63,067 nt of DNA, filler included, from Octopus bimaculoides (GCF_001194135.2; 5 parts of 4 records of this genome joined end to end with filler, not necessarily neighbours in it); one strand, 5' to 3'; shown: positions 39,954 to 50,978, counted from the first letter of the whole stretch. A program made the numbers and translations. Notes: generated by a model not told the origin, from the letters alone.

Positions 39954-41633
39954 ATAATAATATTAGGGATANNNNNNNNNNNNNNNNNNNNNNNNNNNNN
40001 NNNNNNNNNNNNNNNNNNNNNNNNNNNNNNNNNNNNNNNNNNNNNNNNNNNNNNNNNNNNNNNNNNNNNNNNNNNNNNNNNNNNNNNNNNNNNNNNNNNN
40101 NNNNNNNNNNNNNNNNNNNNNNNNNNNNNNNNNNNNNNNNNNNNNNNNNNNNNNNNNNNNNNNNNNNNNNNNNNNNNNNNNNNNNNNNNNNNNNNNNNNN
40201 NNNNNNNNNNNNNNNNNNNNNNNNNNNNNNNNNNNNNNNNNNNNNNNNNNNNNNNNNNNNNNNNNNNNNNNNNNNNNNNNNNNNNNNNNNNNNNNNNNNN
40301 NNNNNNNNNNNNNNNNNNNNNNNNNNNNNNNNNNNNNNNNNNNNNNNNNNNNNNNNNNNNNNNNNNNNNNNNNNNNNNNNNNNNNNNNNNNNNNNNNNNN
40401 TATATATATATATATTAATTAGTTGGTTCGTTGCATGTAGGTTATCAGTAGTTGAAAAACTGCATCAAATCCTGCTTGTCATACGACTGTTTTTTTTTTT
40501 TCCATTTGTTTGGAAATTCTGTTTGTTGTGATTTTTGTAGATGTCTTGTATGTGACACTTGATATGGTTTACAGCTCAGTAGTTTGTTAGGTCGTCTTTA
40601 TCTCCCTTTTTATACAGTAAAATGATTATTGCCTTGTCACAATTTTTAGGAATGTTGCTTTGTTTGTGGTATTCAGTGAAGAACTTGGTAATTTGCTTCA
40701 AGATAGTTTCTCTTGTATCTTTTAAGATTTGGGTGTTTAACAATGCTTTAACAATTCTCAGTAGTCATGCACCTCCTCTTAACCAAAATAACATAGCAGA
40801 AGATTACTCACTAAAAATGTAAACAAAAATTTTCCTGGTACAACTCATTTACATTACAGAACAGGGTTGACAGCTGACAGAGGCTACAGTATTGTCAATG
40901 CAGTGTGTGTTATAAATAATTAAATATATGAAATCATCTTTATGTATTTAGTCTTGTTGTGACATTAGGCTCACAAAACTGCTTGTGTGTTCCCCATCCC
41001 AATCTACCAGAAATGAACATGTGTGTCTAATTTTACTGCAAAGACTAACTACATATGGACCTGACTCAGCATATTTATTTGTTTATTACCAACACTATAC
41101 AGATACCCTAGTAATTCCTATTTATAGATACCTTCCTTTAGTAACATCTCCTCAAACCCTAGGCTTATTATTTCTAACTTGACCTGAAGTTGCAGTACTA
41201 GTTTTGCTAGCCATGTAAATATTACATTCATTGACTAATCTCTTATTAATTTTCTAGGATTTTTTGTTATTCTGACTCAATCTTAGTACTGCTGGAATAT
41301 TTTGAACCATTATCATCATGCCCTACATCAAACAACAAAAGATTTGCAACCGCTGTTTTTCCTGCTTTTGAATGCTTACTGAAGTTTCTGTTCTGGTACT
41401 TTAACCTGTTGACTTAAGAGTCCTAATTCTGTTATAAATGATTACAAAGCATGAAGGATACCCCACCCCACCTGCTCCACCATTGATTTTTGGAAGTTTG
41501 CTTTGTTTAAATTCAGTTCTTAGTTCTGTTCCACCTGCAATAAATTTGAGTTGTACAAAAACTAAAATTGGTTACAAACAAGAAGTATGAGCTGTAATAA
41601 GATTACACTCAGGTATATTTATAAGCAACACAA

Positions 41634-41871
41634 TTTCTTATTTCTTTATTGCCCACAAGGGGCTAAACATAGAAAGGACAAACAAGGACAGACAAAGGGA
41701 TTAAGTTGATTACATCGACCCCAGTGCGTAACTGGTACTTAATTTATCAACCGCGAAAGGATGAAAGGCAAAGTCGACCTCGGCGGAATTTGAACTCAGA
41801 ACGTAACAGCAGACAAAATACCGCTAAGCATTTCGCCCGGCGTGCTAACGTTTCTGCCAGCTCGCCGCCTT
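41634..41871 (-). mobile_element. SINE family B (B2 tail) with ~18-bp TSD
   Basis: taagcaacacaatttctt (41622-41639) versus taaacaacacgatttctt (41871-41888). Confidence 0.92.
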
Positions 41872-42467
41872 AAACAACACGATTTCTTTCAGATATTGAT
41901 ATCTATAATATTGTTTACTAGAGCAATTTAGACTAAAATACTTATCACATGCGTAGATATAAGTGTTAGTTCTGTAAAATACTGNNNNNNNNNNNNNNNN
42001 NNNNNNNNNNNNNNNNNNNNNNNNNNNNNNNNNNNNNNNNNNNNNNNNNNNNNNNNNNNNNNNNNNNNNNNNNNNNNNNNNNNNNNNNNNNNNNNNNNNN
42101 NNNNNNNNNNNNNNNNNNNNNNNNNNNNNNNNNNNNNNNNNNNNNNNNNNNNNNNNNNNNNNNNNNNNNNNNNNNNNNNNNNNNNNNNNNNNNNNNNNNN
42201 NNNNNNNNNNNNNNNNNNNNNNNNNNNNNNNNNNNNNNNNNNNNNNNNNNNNNNNNNNNNNNNNNNNNNNNNNNNNNNNNNNNNNNNNNNNNNNNNNNNN
42301 NNNNNNNNNNNNNNNNNNNNNNNNNNNNNNNNNNNNNNNNNNNNNNNNNNNNNNNNNNNNNNNNNNNNNNNNNNNNNNNNNNNNNNNNNNNNNNNNNNNN
42401 NNNNNNNNNNNNNNNNNNNNNNNNNNNNNNNNNNNNNNNNNNNNNNNNNNNNNNNNNNNNNNNNNNC

Positions 42468-42960
42468 TATAAATAATGCAGTTTTTTCATACTTCTTTTA
42501 TTTTTCAAAATTAAAATAAATAAAGTTCTTTTTTAATCTAAAATATACCCTCTTTCATTTTCTGCAATGCTTTTCCATCTATCTGGTAGACTTGCAAAGC
42601 CCCTCTTCCAAAATTCACTTGTCCATGATGAAAAAATACTCCTCCAGTACTGTTCTGACCTCATCTACAGAATTCATACTTTTCCCATCCAAATGATTTT
42701 GAAGACTGCAGAATAAATGATAATCAGACGGGGCAATGTCCAGCGAATATGGTGGGTGGGGCATCGTTTCCTAATGAAACTGCTCCAGCCTTTGGAATGT
42801 CATCCTCACTGTATGTGGCCAAGCATTATCCTGATGGAAGAATACCTTTCATCTTGAAATCAAAGTTGATTGTTTTTCTTCTAGCATTGACTTAAGCCGC
42901 TTAGAGCTGCTTGCAGTAGATCCCATTATGCAGCATTTTGGACAAGGTCTTTTACCATGG
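42468..42960 (-). mobile_element. Mariner (DD34D) transposase 3' fragment
   Basis: Minus-strand translation MPHPPYSLDIAPSDYHLFCSLQNHLDGK matches the YSPDLAPSDYHLF motif. Confidence 0.85.
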
Positions 42961-43224
42961 CTTCTGGTTAATTGATACTTTGTGAAAGAAATCCAATCGG
43001 CAAAACTGTATGGAGCCCCTCATTCATTTTCCATATTTGCATGGGTTAGATGAGTGTATTATTGAGGCATTGTTTCACAGCTAGATACCCTTCCTGTCAT
43101 CAAACCGTACCCATTTTTCAAGTAAGACATTTCTTATGTCTGCAGCCTACCGATTTGTTGATAGGAGAAAGGACAAACTGTCATTGCTTATAGCTTGTAA
43201 TATTTGGAGAATATGTGAACAAGA

Positions 43225-43385
43225 ACACATATATATGCTGAATTTCTTTCAGTTTCCACCTACCAAATTCATTCACAAAGCTCTGATCAGCCCAGGGTTA
43301 TAATAGAAGTCACTTGCCTAAGATACTACACAGTGGGACTGAACTCAAAATGCTGATGTTGGGAAGTGAATTTCTTAACTACACA
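43225..43385 (-). mobile_element. Old SINE family A-like 5' half
   Basis: ttctttcagtttccacctaccaaattcattcacaaagc...cagtgggactgaactc. Confidence 0.7.
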
Positions 43386-43540
43386 AGGTACAAGCAGTCT
43401 GAAATACCCTGTTTTATTCATGTCCTACTGAGTTATCTCTTCCCGGTTTGTCAATGTATACTTTTCATATCTTTCTAAGAATGATGAAATAAGCACCAAA
43501 GTACTGGGTCAATATAATCAATTAAAAAAAAGAAAAACAC

Positions 43541-43937
43541 AGGTGCAGGAGTGGCTGTGTGGTAAGTAGCTTGCTTACCAACCACATGGTCCCGGGTTCA
43601 GTCCCACTGCGTGACACCTTGGGCAAATGTCTTCTACTATAGCCTCGGGCTGACCAAAGCCTTGTGAGTGGATTTGGTAGACGGAAACTGGAAGAAGCCC
43701 GTCGTATATGTATATATGTATGTGTGTGTGTCTGTCTGTTTGTCCCCCCAGCATCGCTTGACAACCGATGCTGGTGTGTTTACGTTCCCTGTAACTTAGC
43801 AGTTCGGCAAAAGAGACCGATAGAATAAGTAATAGGTTTACAAAGAATAAGCTCTGGGGTCGATTTGCTCGACTATAAAGGCGGTGCTGCAGCATGGCCG
43901 CAGTCAAATGACTGAAACAAGTGAAAGAGTAAAAAGT
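43541..43937 (+). mobile_element. SINE family A, full length
   Basis: Matches family A and ends about 170 bp before the MsrB acceptor. Confidence 0.9.
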
Positions 43938-44135
43938 ATGAGCATAATCACCATCCAAAGACTTAAATAGTGAGAAAAAAAGAAAAAATTAAGTGATGAA
44001 CATTAAATGTAACTATATTTGTTGCTTTTATATCTGTTTATGTAATTATGTAATTCCAACTATGAAAATGATGATGATGATGATAAGTTGCTTTTTGTTT
44101 ATAGGTGCTAATGAAAATTGCTACTCCTTGGCTGC

Positions 44136-44314
44136 ATGAACTTGTTGCATACTATCACTGCTAAGCGGGAAAGTTCGCCTGCTCTCAAGAAACTACAGGC
44201 ATCATGTCAGGACTCTGCGAGTGGTACGTGCCCTGTCACATATTCCAAAGAAGAACTGAAGGAAAAACTTTCTTCTGTACAGTATCGGGTCACTCAGGAG
44301 AAGGGCACAGAGAG
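44136..44314 (+). CDS. MsrB: Methionine-R-sulfoxide reductase B (MSRB3-like), first coding exon
   Basis: ATG 44136 opens MNLLHTITAKRESSPALKKLQASCQDSASGTCPVTYSKEELKEKLSSVQYRVTQEKGTE(R), with the MsrB motif L..L...QY.VTQEKGTE. Acceptor tttttgtttatAG ends at 44104. Donor AG|GTATGT at 44314/44315 is phase 2. In-frame stops at 44109 and 44112 force the start to lie inside this exon. Confidence 0.9.
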
Positions 44315-44802
44315 GTATGTTTTGATATCTTAATTGTTTATATAGAATATTTGAATGTTATTTTTGTGGTGTTGGTGTAAATGTTGGTAAATCTAATAAT
44401 CCATAGCTGGTAGGAATAGCAACTAATGAAAACTTTGTTTTGACATCTCATATCAGAACCAGTTAGATTAGTGAAACCCACTTTATCCAACCTCAACACT
44501 GCAAACTAACAAGACATTGGTTTTACAATATTCCTGCTGTTTACAGCAGTCAGTTATTAGTATCTCACTGTACCCATTTACAACCAAGTAAACTTGGCCA
44601 TTTGATAGTTAAGTGTCTTAGCTATAGATACCTTACAGTAGCTATGACAGGATTCCTAGTCACTGTTTTGATTTGACTACTCATGTTTTCTGTGGAGGGG
44701 CAAAGGTTGCCATGTAGAATTAGAAAGAACTCAAAATGATCTATATCTTTGGCTTTGTTTCATAACTAATTAGCCAATCATGGTGTAAATAATGATGACA
44801 TA

Positions 44803-45010
44803 GTTATGTGTAGTAAGAAGATTGCTTCCCAACCACATGGTTCTGGGTCCAGTCCCACTGCATGGCATCTTGGGCAAGTGTCTTCTACTATAGCCTCAGG
44901 CCAACCAAAGCCTTGTGAGTGGATTTGGTAGGTGGAAACTGAAAGAAACCCGACAGGTATATCTATGTGTGTGTGTGTGTGTGCATCTTTGTGTCTATGT
45001 TTGTACCCCC
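44803..45010 (+). mobile_element. SINE family A-like 5' part in MsrB intron
   Basis: ccaaccacatggttctgggtccagtcccactgc...ggaaactgaaagaaacccg. Confidence 0.8.
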
Positions 45011-45303
45011 ATCTACCTTTCTATTTTTTTCTGTGATTTCAAGAAGATTTGATTGTTATTTCTAGCAGGTTTAGTGACCATATTTTTACTTTTTCATTGA
45101 CTTGACTACATGTTAGGTACAAAAGAAATGTAAAGGTTGGTTGAAGGCAAAGGGTACATTGGGTATAGATGGGTCCAAACAAGTTATGGAAATACGTAGA
45201 TAAGTCAGCATTGGGGTTTCAGAAATAACCAAGATATATGGAGAGATGTGGTATCAGAAATAATCAATATGTAGAGAGAGGTGTGTTTTTAGCAATAATC
45301 AAT

Positions 45304-45338
<35 letters not shown>

Positions 45339-46319
45339 ATAGATAGATATAAATATTTGAGATCAGAAATAATCAGGATATATAACGATATATGAAATCA
45401 GAAATATTCAACATATATTAGTGTTGTAGTATCAGAAATAAGATCATGATGTACAGAGAGATCTATCTCATCCATTGCTTACATAAAAAATTTGATGTTA
45501 AAGTGTAGATAATGTTGAATCCAGATATATTTCATTATTGAATATTTCTTTTATTTTTTGGGGGTTTTTTTTTCACTTAGTTCTTTAATTCAAAACAAAA
45601 ATGCTCTAAATGCTGTATCTATGATATTCCTACTTCTGAAATAGTGTTATAGTAGAAGCAACAAACTTATTCCTTTATCCTCTCAAAATATTCTCTGATT
45701 CTAAGTTAATTTGCTGCTGATATCAAGATATTGGATACAAGGAGATAGAGAAATATCAACTTGTTTTGGGGTTGACTTATACATGACTGAAGACATTTAA
45801 AAACTATATGAATTTTGTCCAATGTAGAACACATATAAACATCTCCCTTTTAACCAGAAAAGCTTCTTCCTAAGTCACTTCCTGATGACATTTCTAGATG
45901 ATTATTTGGGTGTGACAATCAATGAGTCAATAAGATGTAAATATCATCTTGAAGAGAAGGGGAAGATAACAAAAATTGACATTCAACATTCAGGATATGG
46001 GTAATGATTCTAGCTGGGATGTTATTGCTAATCTTTATAACTTACTTCTCTATTGTACTATGTACTCGCAAAGATATATAGATAAAACACCAAAGGATGC
46101 AAAATTGTTACTATAGACGGCAAAATGTTTAAGCTTTCATTGAGTTGAGAAACAGGCTGGACTGATCTTGAAGTTGACTTTGATACAAGAAATAAGGATA
46201 TGAAATATATTAAAAAATTGTAATGGATTTGGTAAAAAAAAAATGAAATTTTTTTTCATTAACATTTTGTTGTTCTGGTTACTAAGTATTTAAGTGTTGT
46301 ATTTCTTTCCTTTTACTAG

Positions 46320-46492
46320 GGCCTACTCTGGCAAATTTCTTAGTTGGAATGAAGAAGGAATATTCACATGTGTTGTGTGTGGGAATAAACTTTTTGCTTC
46401 TGATACCAAGTTTCACTCAGGGTGTGGTTGGCCGTCCTTTACTGACGTCATTGAAAAAGGCAATGTCACCTTCAAAGATGATTTCAATCATG
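46320..46492 (+). CDS. MsrB: MsrB second coding exon (gene incomplete, catalytic exon(s) absent from window)
   Basis: Acceptor tttccttttactAG ends at 46319, and phase 2 completes Arg. Translation AYSGKFLSWNEEGIFTCVVCGNKLFASDTKFHSGCGWPSFTDVIEKGNVTFKDDFNH(G) contains the first Zn-binding CxxC and the SGCGWPSF motif. Donor G|GTAAGT at 46492/46493 is phase 1. Confidence 0.95.
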
Positions 46493-46869
46493 GTAAGTCT
46501 AGTTTACAACTATAACTTGCATATATATATAAGGATATGTTTGTTCAGGAGAACAAAACCCATAAATATGAATTAAAGAATTCAATTTCAGCTTATAGCA
46601 TAGTAGAGAATATATATATATATATATTTACTATAGATGCTATAGAAAGTATCTTTGAGTACATGTCTGGACTACCAAGAGCAGATCTCTTCACTCAGCT
46701 GGGTTGCATTGTCTGCAAACTCAGCAGGAATATCAGGTGCAAACACTCATGCACAGAGTTTTGATATTCAATATTCAATTAATATTGTTTGGGTGTGCGG
46801 ATTATACCGACCCAACAAGGTGCCTCAATTTAAGTGCTTCATTCAACAAAATCTTAATTATATTTTATA

Positions 46870-46958
46870 CTAGCAGAAATACCCGGCGTTGCCCGGGTTA
46901 AAGAGAATAATGAAATCTAAAAACGCCGTCTAGACTACGCATCATCTTTATATATAGA
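46870..46958 (-). mobile_element. 89-bp non-autonomous Helitron-like element
   Basis: On the minus strand it starts TC and ends CTAG (46870-46873), with a GC hairpin acccgg/ccgggt (46881-46898) near the 3' end, inserted between A and T. Confidence 0.7.
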
Positions 46959-47175
46959 TATGTACATACACACACGCACCCAAACACACGTATATATATG
47001 TATATCAATATAAATATATGAAAGTCAATGAAGCTTCGTAAAAGAAGGTGATCATGTACATACTTTCTTGCTGTTGTGATTATAACACCTCGTTGTAAAC
47101 TATGTTCCTTGTTTTCCCTTGTGGAGCATATACAAATAGGTTTTTTTTGCTGCCCACTCTTGAGCAGCCAACATA

Positions 47176-47275
47176 NNNNNNNNNNNNNNNNNNNNNNNNN
47201 NNNNNNNNNNNNNNNNNNNTTAATTAATTAANNNNNNNNNNNNNNNNNNNNNNNNNNNNNNNNNNNNNNNNNNNN
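47176..47275. other. Artificial scaffold-join spacer (truncates MsrB)
   Basis: N44-TTAATTAATTAA-N44. Confidence 0.95.
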
Positions 47276-47283
47276 TATTACTG

Positions 47284-47640
47284 GAGAAGGCTGATTTATG
47301 GGATTAGCCTGGGTTCTGATCCATAAAGGGTTTAACTTTATGGCGTATCGTCAGAACCCAAAACCTGTTGGTCTAAGACCTCTTCAAAACATGGAAGGAG
47401 AAAGGCCTCCTTACGAATGTAAACAAGGGGATTAACTCTCTTTGCCATTGTCTATCGACTTCCGGCGGTACAGCTATCTTGCAAATTCCAAAACGTCAGC
47501 AGCAAATTTGGTATCCGCAAGATGGCGGCACAGCCGAAAATCGATAATCGGTAGCTAATGGCAAAGGAGATCATCTCCTTGTTTACATTCGTAACGAGGC
47601 TTTTCCCCCTCCGCTTTAATATCAATGACCTCCTGTCATC
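47284..47640 (-). mobile_element. Penelope-like element 3' terminus in head-to-head inverted arrangement, with hammerhead fold
   Basis: 47284-47482 is the reverse complement of 51286-51492, and 47517-47612 is a second partial copy on +. The minus strand has CTGACGA-tacg-ccataaag/ctttatgg-atca-GAAC at 47300-47359. Confidence 0.75.
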
Positions 47641-48068
47641 TGTTACCACAGGACTGAATTAATTTCTTGCAAAACGATGGAATAATATTGTTCCATTCGT
47701 TTTTCAATAATATAGGTTTCATGGTTTCATGTGAGAGCCTAACATACATAACGTTGGATCTAATCATCCGCCATCAATAATTAGGGGACTAATTAAGAAC
47801 ATTTCGGTCAGAATATCTAGATTGTCCACCAATGAGGATATCTTCAACAAATATCTTGATTCTTTGGATTTGTTGCGACAGTGCGACCAGGAGATGGTGA
47901 CAAAGGAACGGCTCCTTTAGCGCATCGCACGGTCGGCACAAAATATATAAAACAAAAGATGGAATGAGGTAAAACTGAGTTAAGTGCCAACAAGAAAAGA
48001 GAGAGACTCAACCGGTAAAATGTATAAAGTAAGGTTTTATTGGTAGTCAACTAGAATGTCTGTGTGAG

Positions 48069-48832
48069 TGTGAATGCGACATAATAAAACACAATATAAG
48101 ACAGGCCGTCGTGTAAACAAAGAGTGTGTGTATACAAATGTGTGCAAGTGAATGCAAGAGATACAGAGCATAGAAAACAGTCTATAATAAGGACGTTAAA
48201 AGTCCAGGCACAATGATGTGAGATACCAGTTCGTATTCATGGTACACTGTGGTAAAGGTGCTGTACAAGACGTCGTGGCCGAATAGCAGAGCCGGAGAAA
48301 AACACATGTCGTGTAAGAAGTTGAGGCTTCAATGCTGTGGCCGGTTACTTGGTATAGGAGTTCTCGCAGGTTGTACTCGCTGTTCTTCATGGTGAGGCAA
48401 TTCATACAAACAGTATTGAGAGAACCAGTGCGGGAGCTGTTGGCGGTGTGTACGTTGAGTAGACGCTGTCGACGAAGAAGCTGATGGTGGTGTCGAAGAT
48501 GGAGTTGCAACAAGGTGTTGAACGGTGGTGTGTCGTCACTGGAACTGGCTGGTGCTCTGTGGTCAGCGGCTAAACCTCAGAAGGTCTAAGGCCGCGACAA
48601 ACTTTAGTGCAGACAAGCTACCTATCTAAGAGAAATAATCGGCTCAAGCAGGGGTTCAGAAAACTGTTCCACGTGACTTTATCAGAAGGCTATGATTGGT
48701 TGGTTTGCACCCTGGCGCGAAATAGAACAAGATACAAAAATGCGTCAATACCAACCAGTCAGAGTGGTGGACACAACAGGGTCCAAAGATGCGGCCGAAG
48801 GCTAGATGTTATCTGCTACGTCCGCATTCACA
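48069..48832 (-). mobile_element. Putative solo LTR or MITE (TG...CA, ~12-bp imperfect terminal inverted repeats)
   Basis: Ends tgtgaatgcgac / gtccgcattcaca. GC-richer than its flanks. No TSD found. Confidence 0.45.
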
Positions 48833-48844
48833 TATATATAACTG

Positions 48845-49265
48845 AGAGAGGAGCTTCGCTACAGACTCCTCTTTCGCGCCCCATCTCTAATAATCCTCCA
48901 AACGTTTTCTATAGGGTTGAGATCGGGACATTGAGGTGGCCAGTCCATGAGATCAACTCCTTCATCACTCAAAGAATCTTTGACCCTCTTCGCAGTGTGG
49001 CAGGGAGCGTTGTCCTGCACGAAGATAGAAGGTGAAACTGACGAGGATCGGAGATGTGGAAGGGCATGTTGTCTAAGAATCTGCTTGTAGATTTCAGCAT
49101 CGCGACTCACTTTTAGGCGAATAAGTGAACCAGGACCAGCAGTAGAGATCACTCCCCATACCATTACACTGCCTCCTCCATATTTCACTGTTTTCTTTAT
49201 ACATACACATGATAACCTTTTGCCACTTCATCGTCGGACGTATATCCTGCCATCGGAACCAATCA
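48845..49265 (-). mobile_element. Tc1 (DD34E) transposase fragment
   Basis: GSDGRIYVRR*...TVKYGGGSVMVWG...QDNAPCH...WPPQCPDLNPIENVW. Confidence 0.92.
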
Positions 49266-49373
49266 CATATTTTCTAAGTTACCCTTAACTTTTCGCCGTT
49301 GCAATTTGGAAGATTGTTTGTTTATTTCCTCATAACTTACGAAATATTTATTCCATTCACTGGAAATTTTCGC

Positions 49374-49885
49374 AATAGATATTAGATATATCTATATATG
49401 TGTAAAATATCTAGTCTCAACGTTTTGTTAATCTTCTATAATAGCTATTTCAATACACTTGTTCTTAATGATTCTTATATTATGGCGCTGCTGTATATAT
49501 ATAGGAATGTGCCTGTGTATGGGTGTTTGTGCACGTGCGTGTGTGTGTGTGTGTGTGTGGTGGGGTGTCCGCATCTGTAGGAAGCTATATGTAGGCGTTA
49601 GGATGTATACGTATATGAATATCTGTTTTGGATATATACGACAGATATTCATACACATATACATCGTCTCACTTACATATAACTTCCTACAGACGCGGGC
49701 ACCCCCCACCCCCACACACGTACGTGCACAAACACCCACACACAGGCACTCTCCTATATATATACAGCAGCGGCCATAATATAAGAATCATTAAGAACAA
49801 GTATATTGAAATAGTTATTATAGAAGATTAACAAAACGTTGAGACTAGATATTTTACACATATTTAGATATATCTAATATCTATT
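49374..49885. repeat. Foldback element, ~245-bp arms, ~15-nt loop
   Basis: aatagatattagatata...gaatatctg is the reverse complement of cagatattc...tatatctaatatctatt. Confidence 0.9.
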
Positions 49886-49890
49886 TTTCG

Positions 49891-49925
<35 letters not shown>

Positions 49926-50262
49926 GTATGTATGTATGTATGTATGTATGTATGTATGTATGTGTATATGAGTATGAATATATATGTATGTGTGTGTATA
50001 TGTATATATATATATATGTATATGTATATATGTGTATATATGAGTGCGTCTGTGTGTCTGTTTGTATGTGTGAGTGTGTGTGTATGTCTGGATCTATGTA
50101 TGTACCTATGTATAAATCAATCCAAGGAAAGAAACAATTCCTTCAAAGGGTTGGAAAACATCCAATTTTCATTGGTACTTCAGTTAAGTACCACAAATAT
50201 ATTTGGTACTTCAGTTAAGTACCACAATATATTTGTCCGAATTTAAAATGGTATAATTTCAA

Positions 50263-50740
50263 CATACAAATATTAAAGGAAATAGAGAAATACAATCGAC
50301 ATATTAAAAAATTATTAATATAATAATATAATATAATTATACTACAAAAAGATATAATATTATATAATATAACAATTGAAACAAATATATATCTTACAAT
50401 TTGTTTCGACTCATATCCATTAGTGGATTTATAAAAATTCACATTTATGCATATGAGTCTCCACAGGAGCAGTCATTGCATGGAATTTTTGCCTATGTTT
50501 TAGACAAATATTACTCTGACGAGACTCATATGCATAAATGTGATGTTTTATAAATTCACTAGTATATATGAATCGAAACAAATTGTAGGATATATATTTG
50601 TTTTAATTATTTGTTATATTACATTATAATATATTGTATTATATTATATATCTTTTCATTGTATAATTATATTATATTATAATATTGATAAATTTTTAAT
50701 ATGTCAGTTGTATATCTCTATTTCCTTTAATATTTGTATG
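50263..50740. repeat. AT-rich foldback element, ~200-bp arms, 59-nt spacer, hammerhead fold in right arm
   Basis: Arms at 50263-50461 and 50521-50740. CTGACGA at 50516-50522 and GAAA at 50575-50578. Confidence 0.85.
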
Positions 50741-50851
50741 TATCTACATGTATGCGTATGTATATATATGTGTGTGTATATGTATACGTGTGTATTTATA
50801 TATATGTATTTGTGTGTATGTGTGTGTATGTGTATATGTATGTGTGTGTGT

Positions 50852-50896
<45 letters not shown>

Positions 50897-50978
50897 TATG
50901 TGTGTCTGTCTATCTGTCTGTATGTATATGAACATAAAAGTACTTAACGAAGAATTAGTTTTCTTTTTTCCTTTTATT

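Noticed and set aside
27669-41400. Candidate 5' UTR exons (acceptors ending ~27668, 37109, ~41257)
   Set aside because: Donor sites are weak or ambiguous and cannot be supported without transcripts.
44137-44139. TGA as selenocysteine (MsrB1/SelR type)
   Set aside because: It is not in the MsrB reading frame, and Sec in MsrB1 lies at the C-terminal catalytic site.
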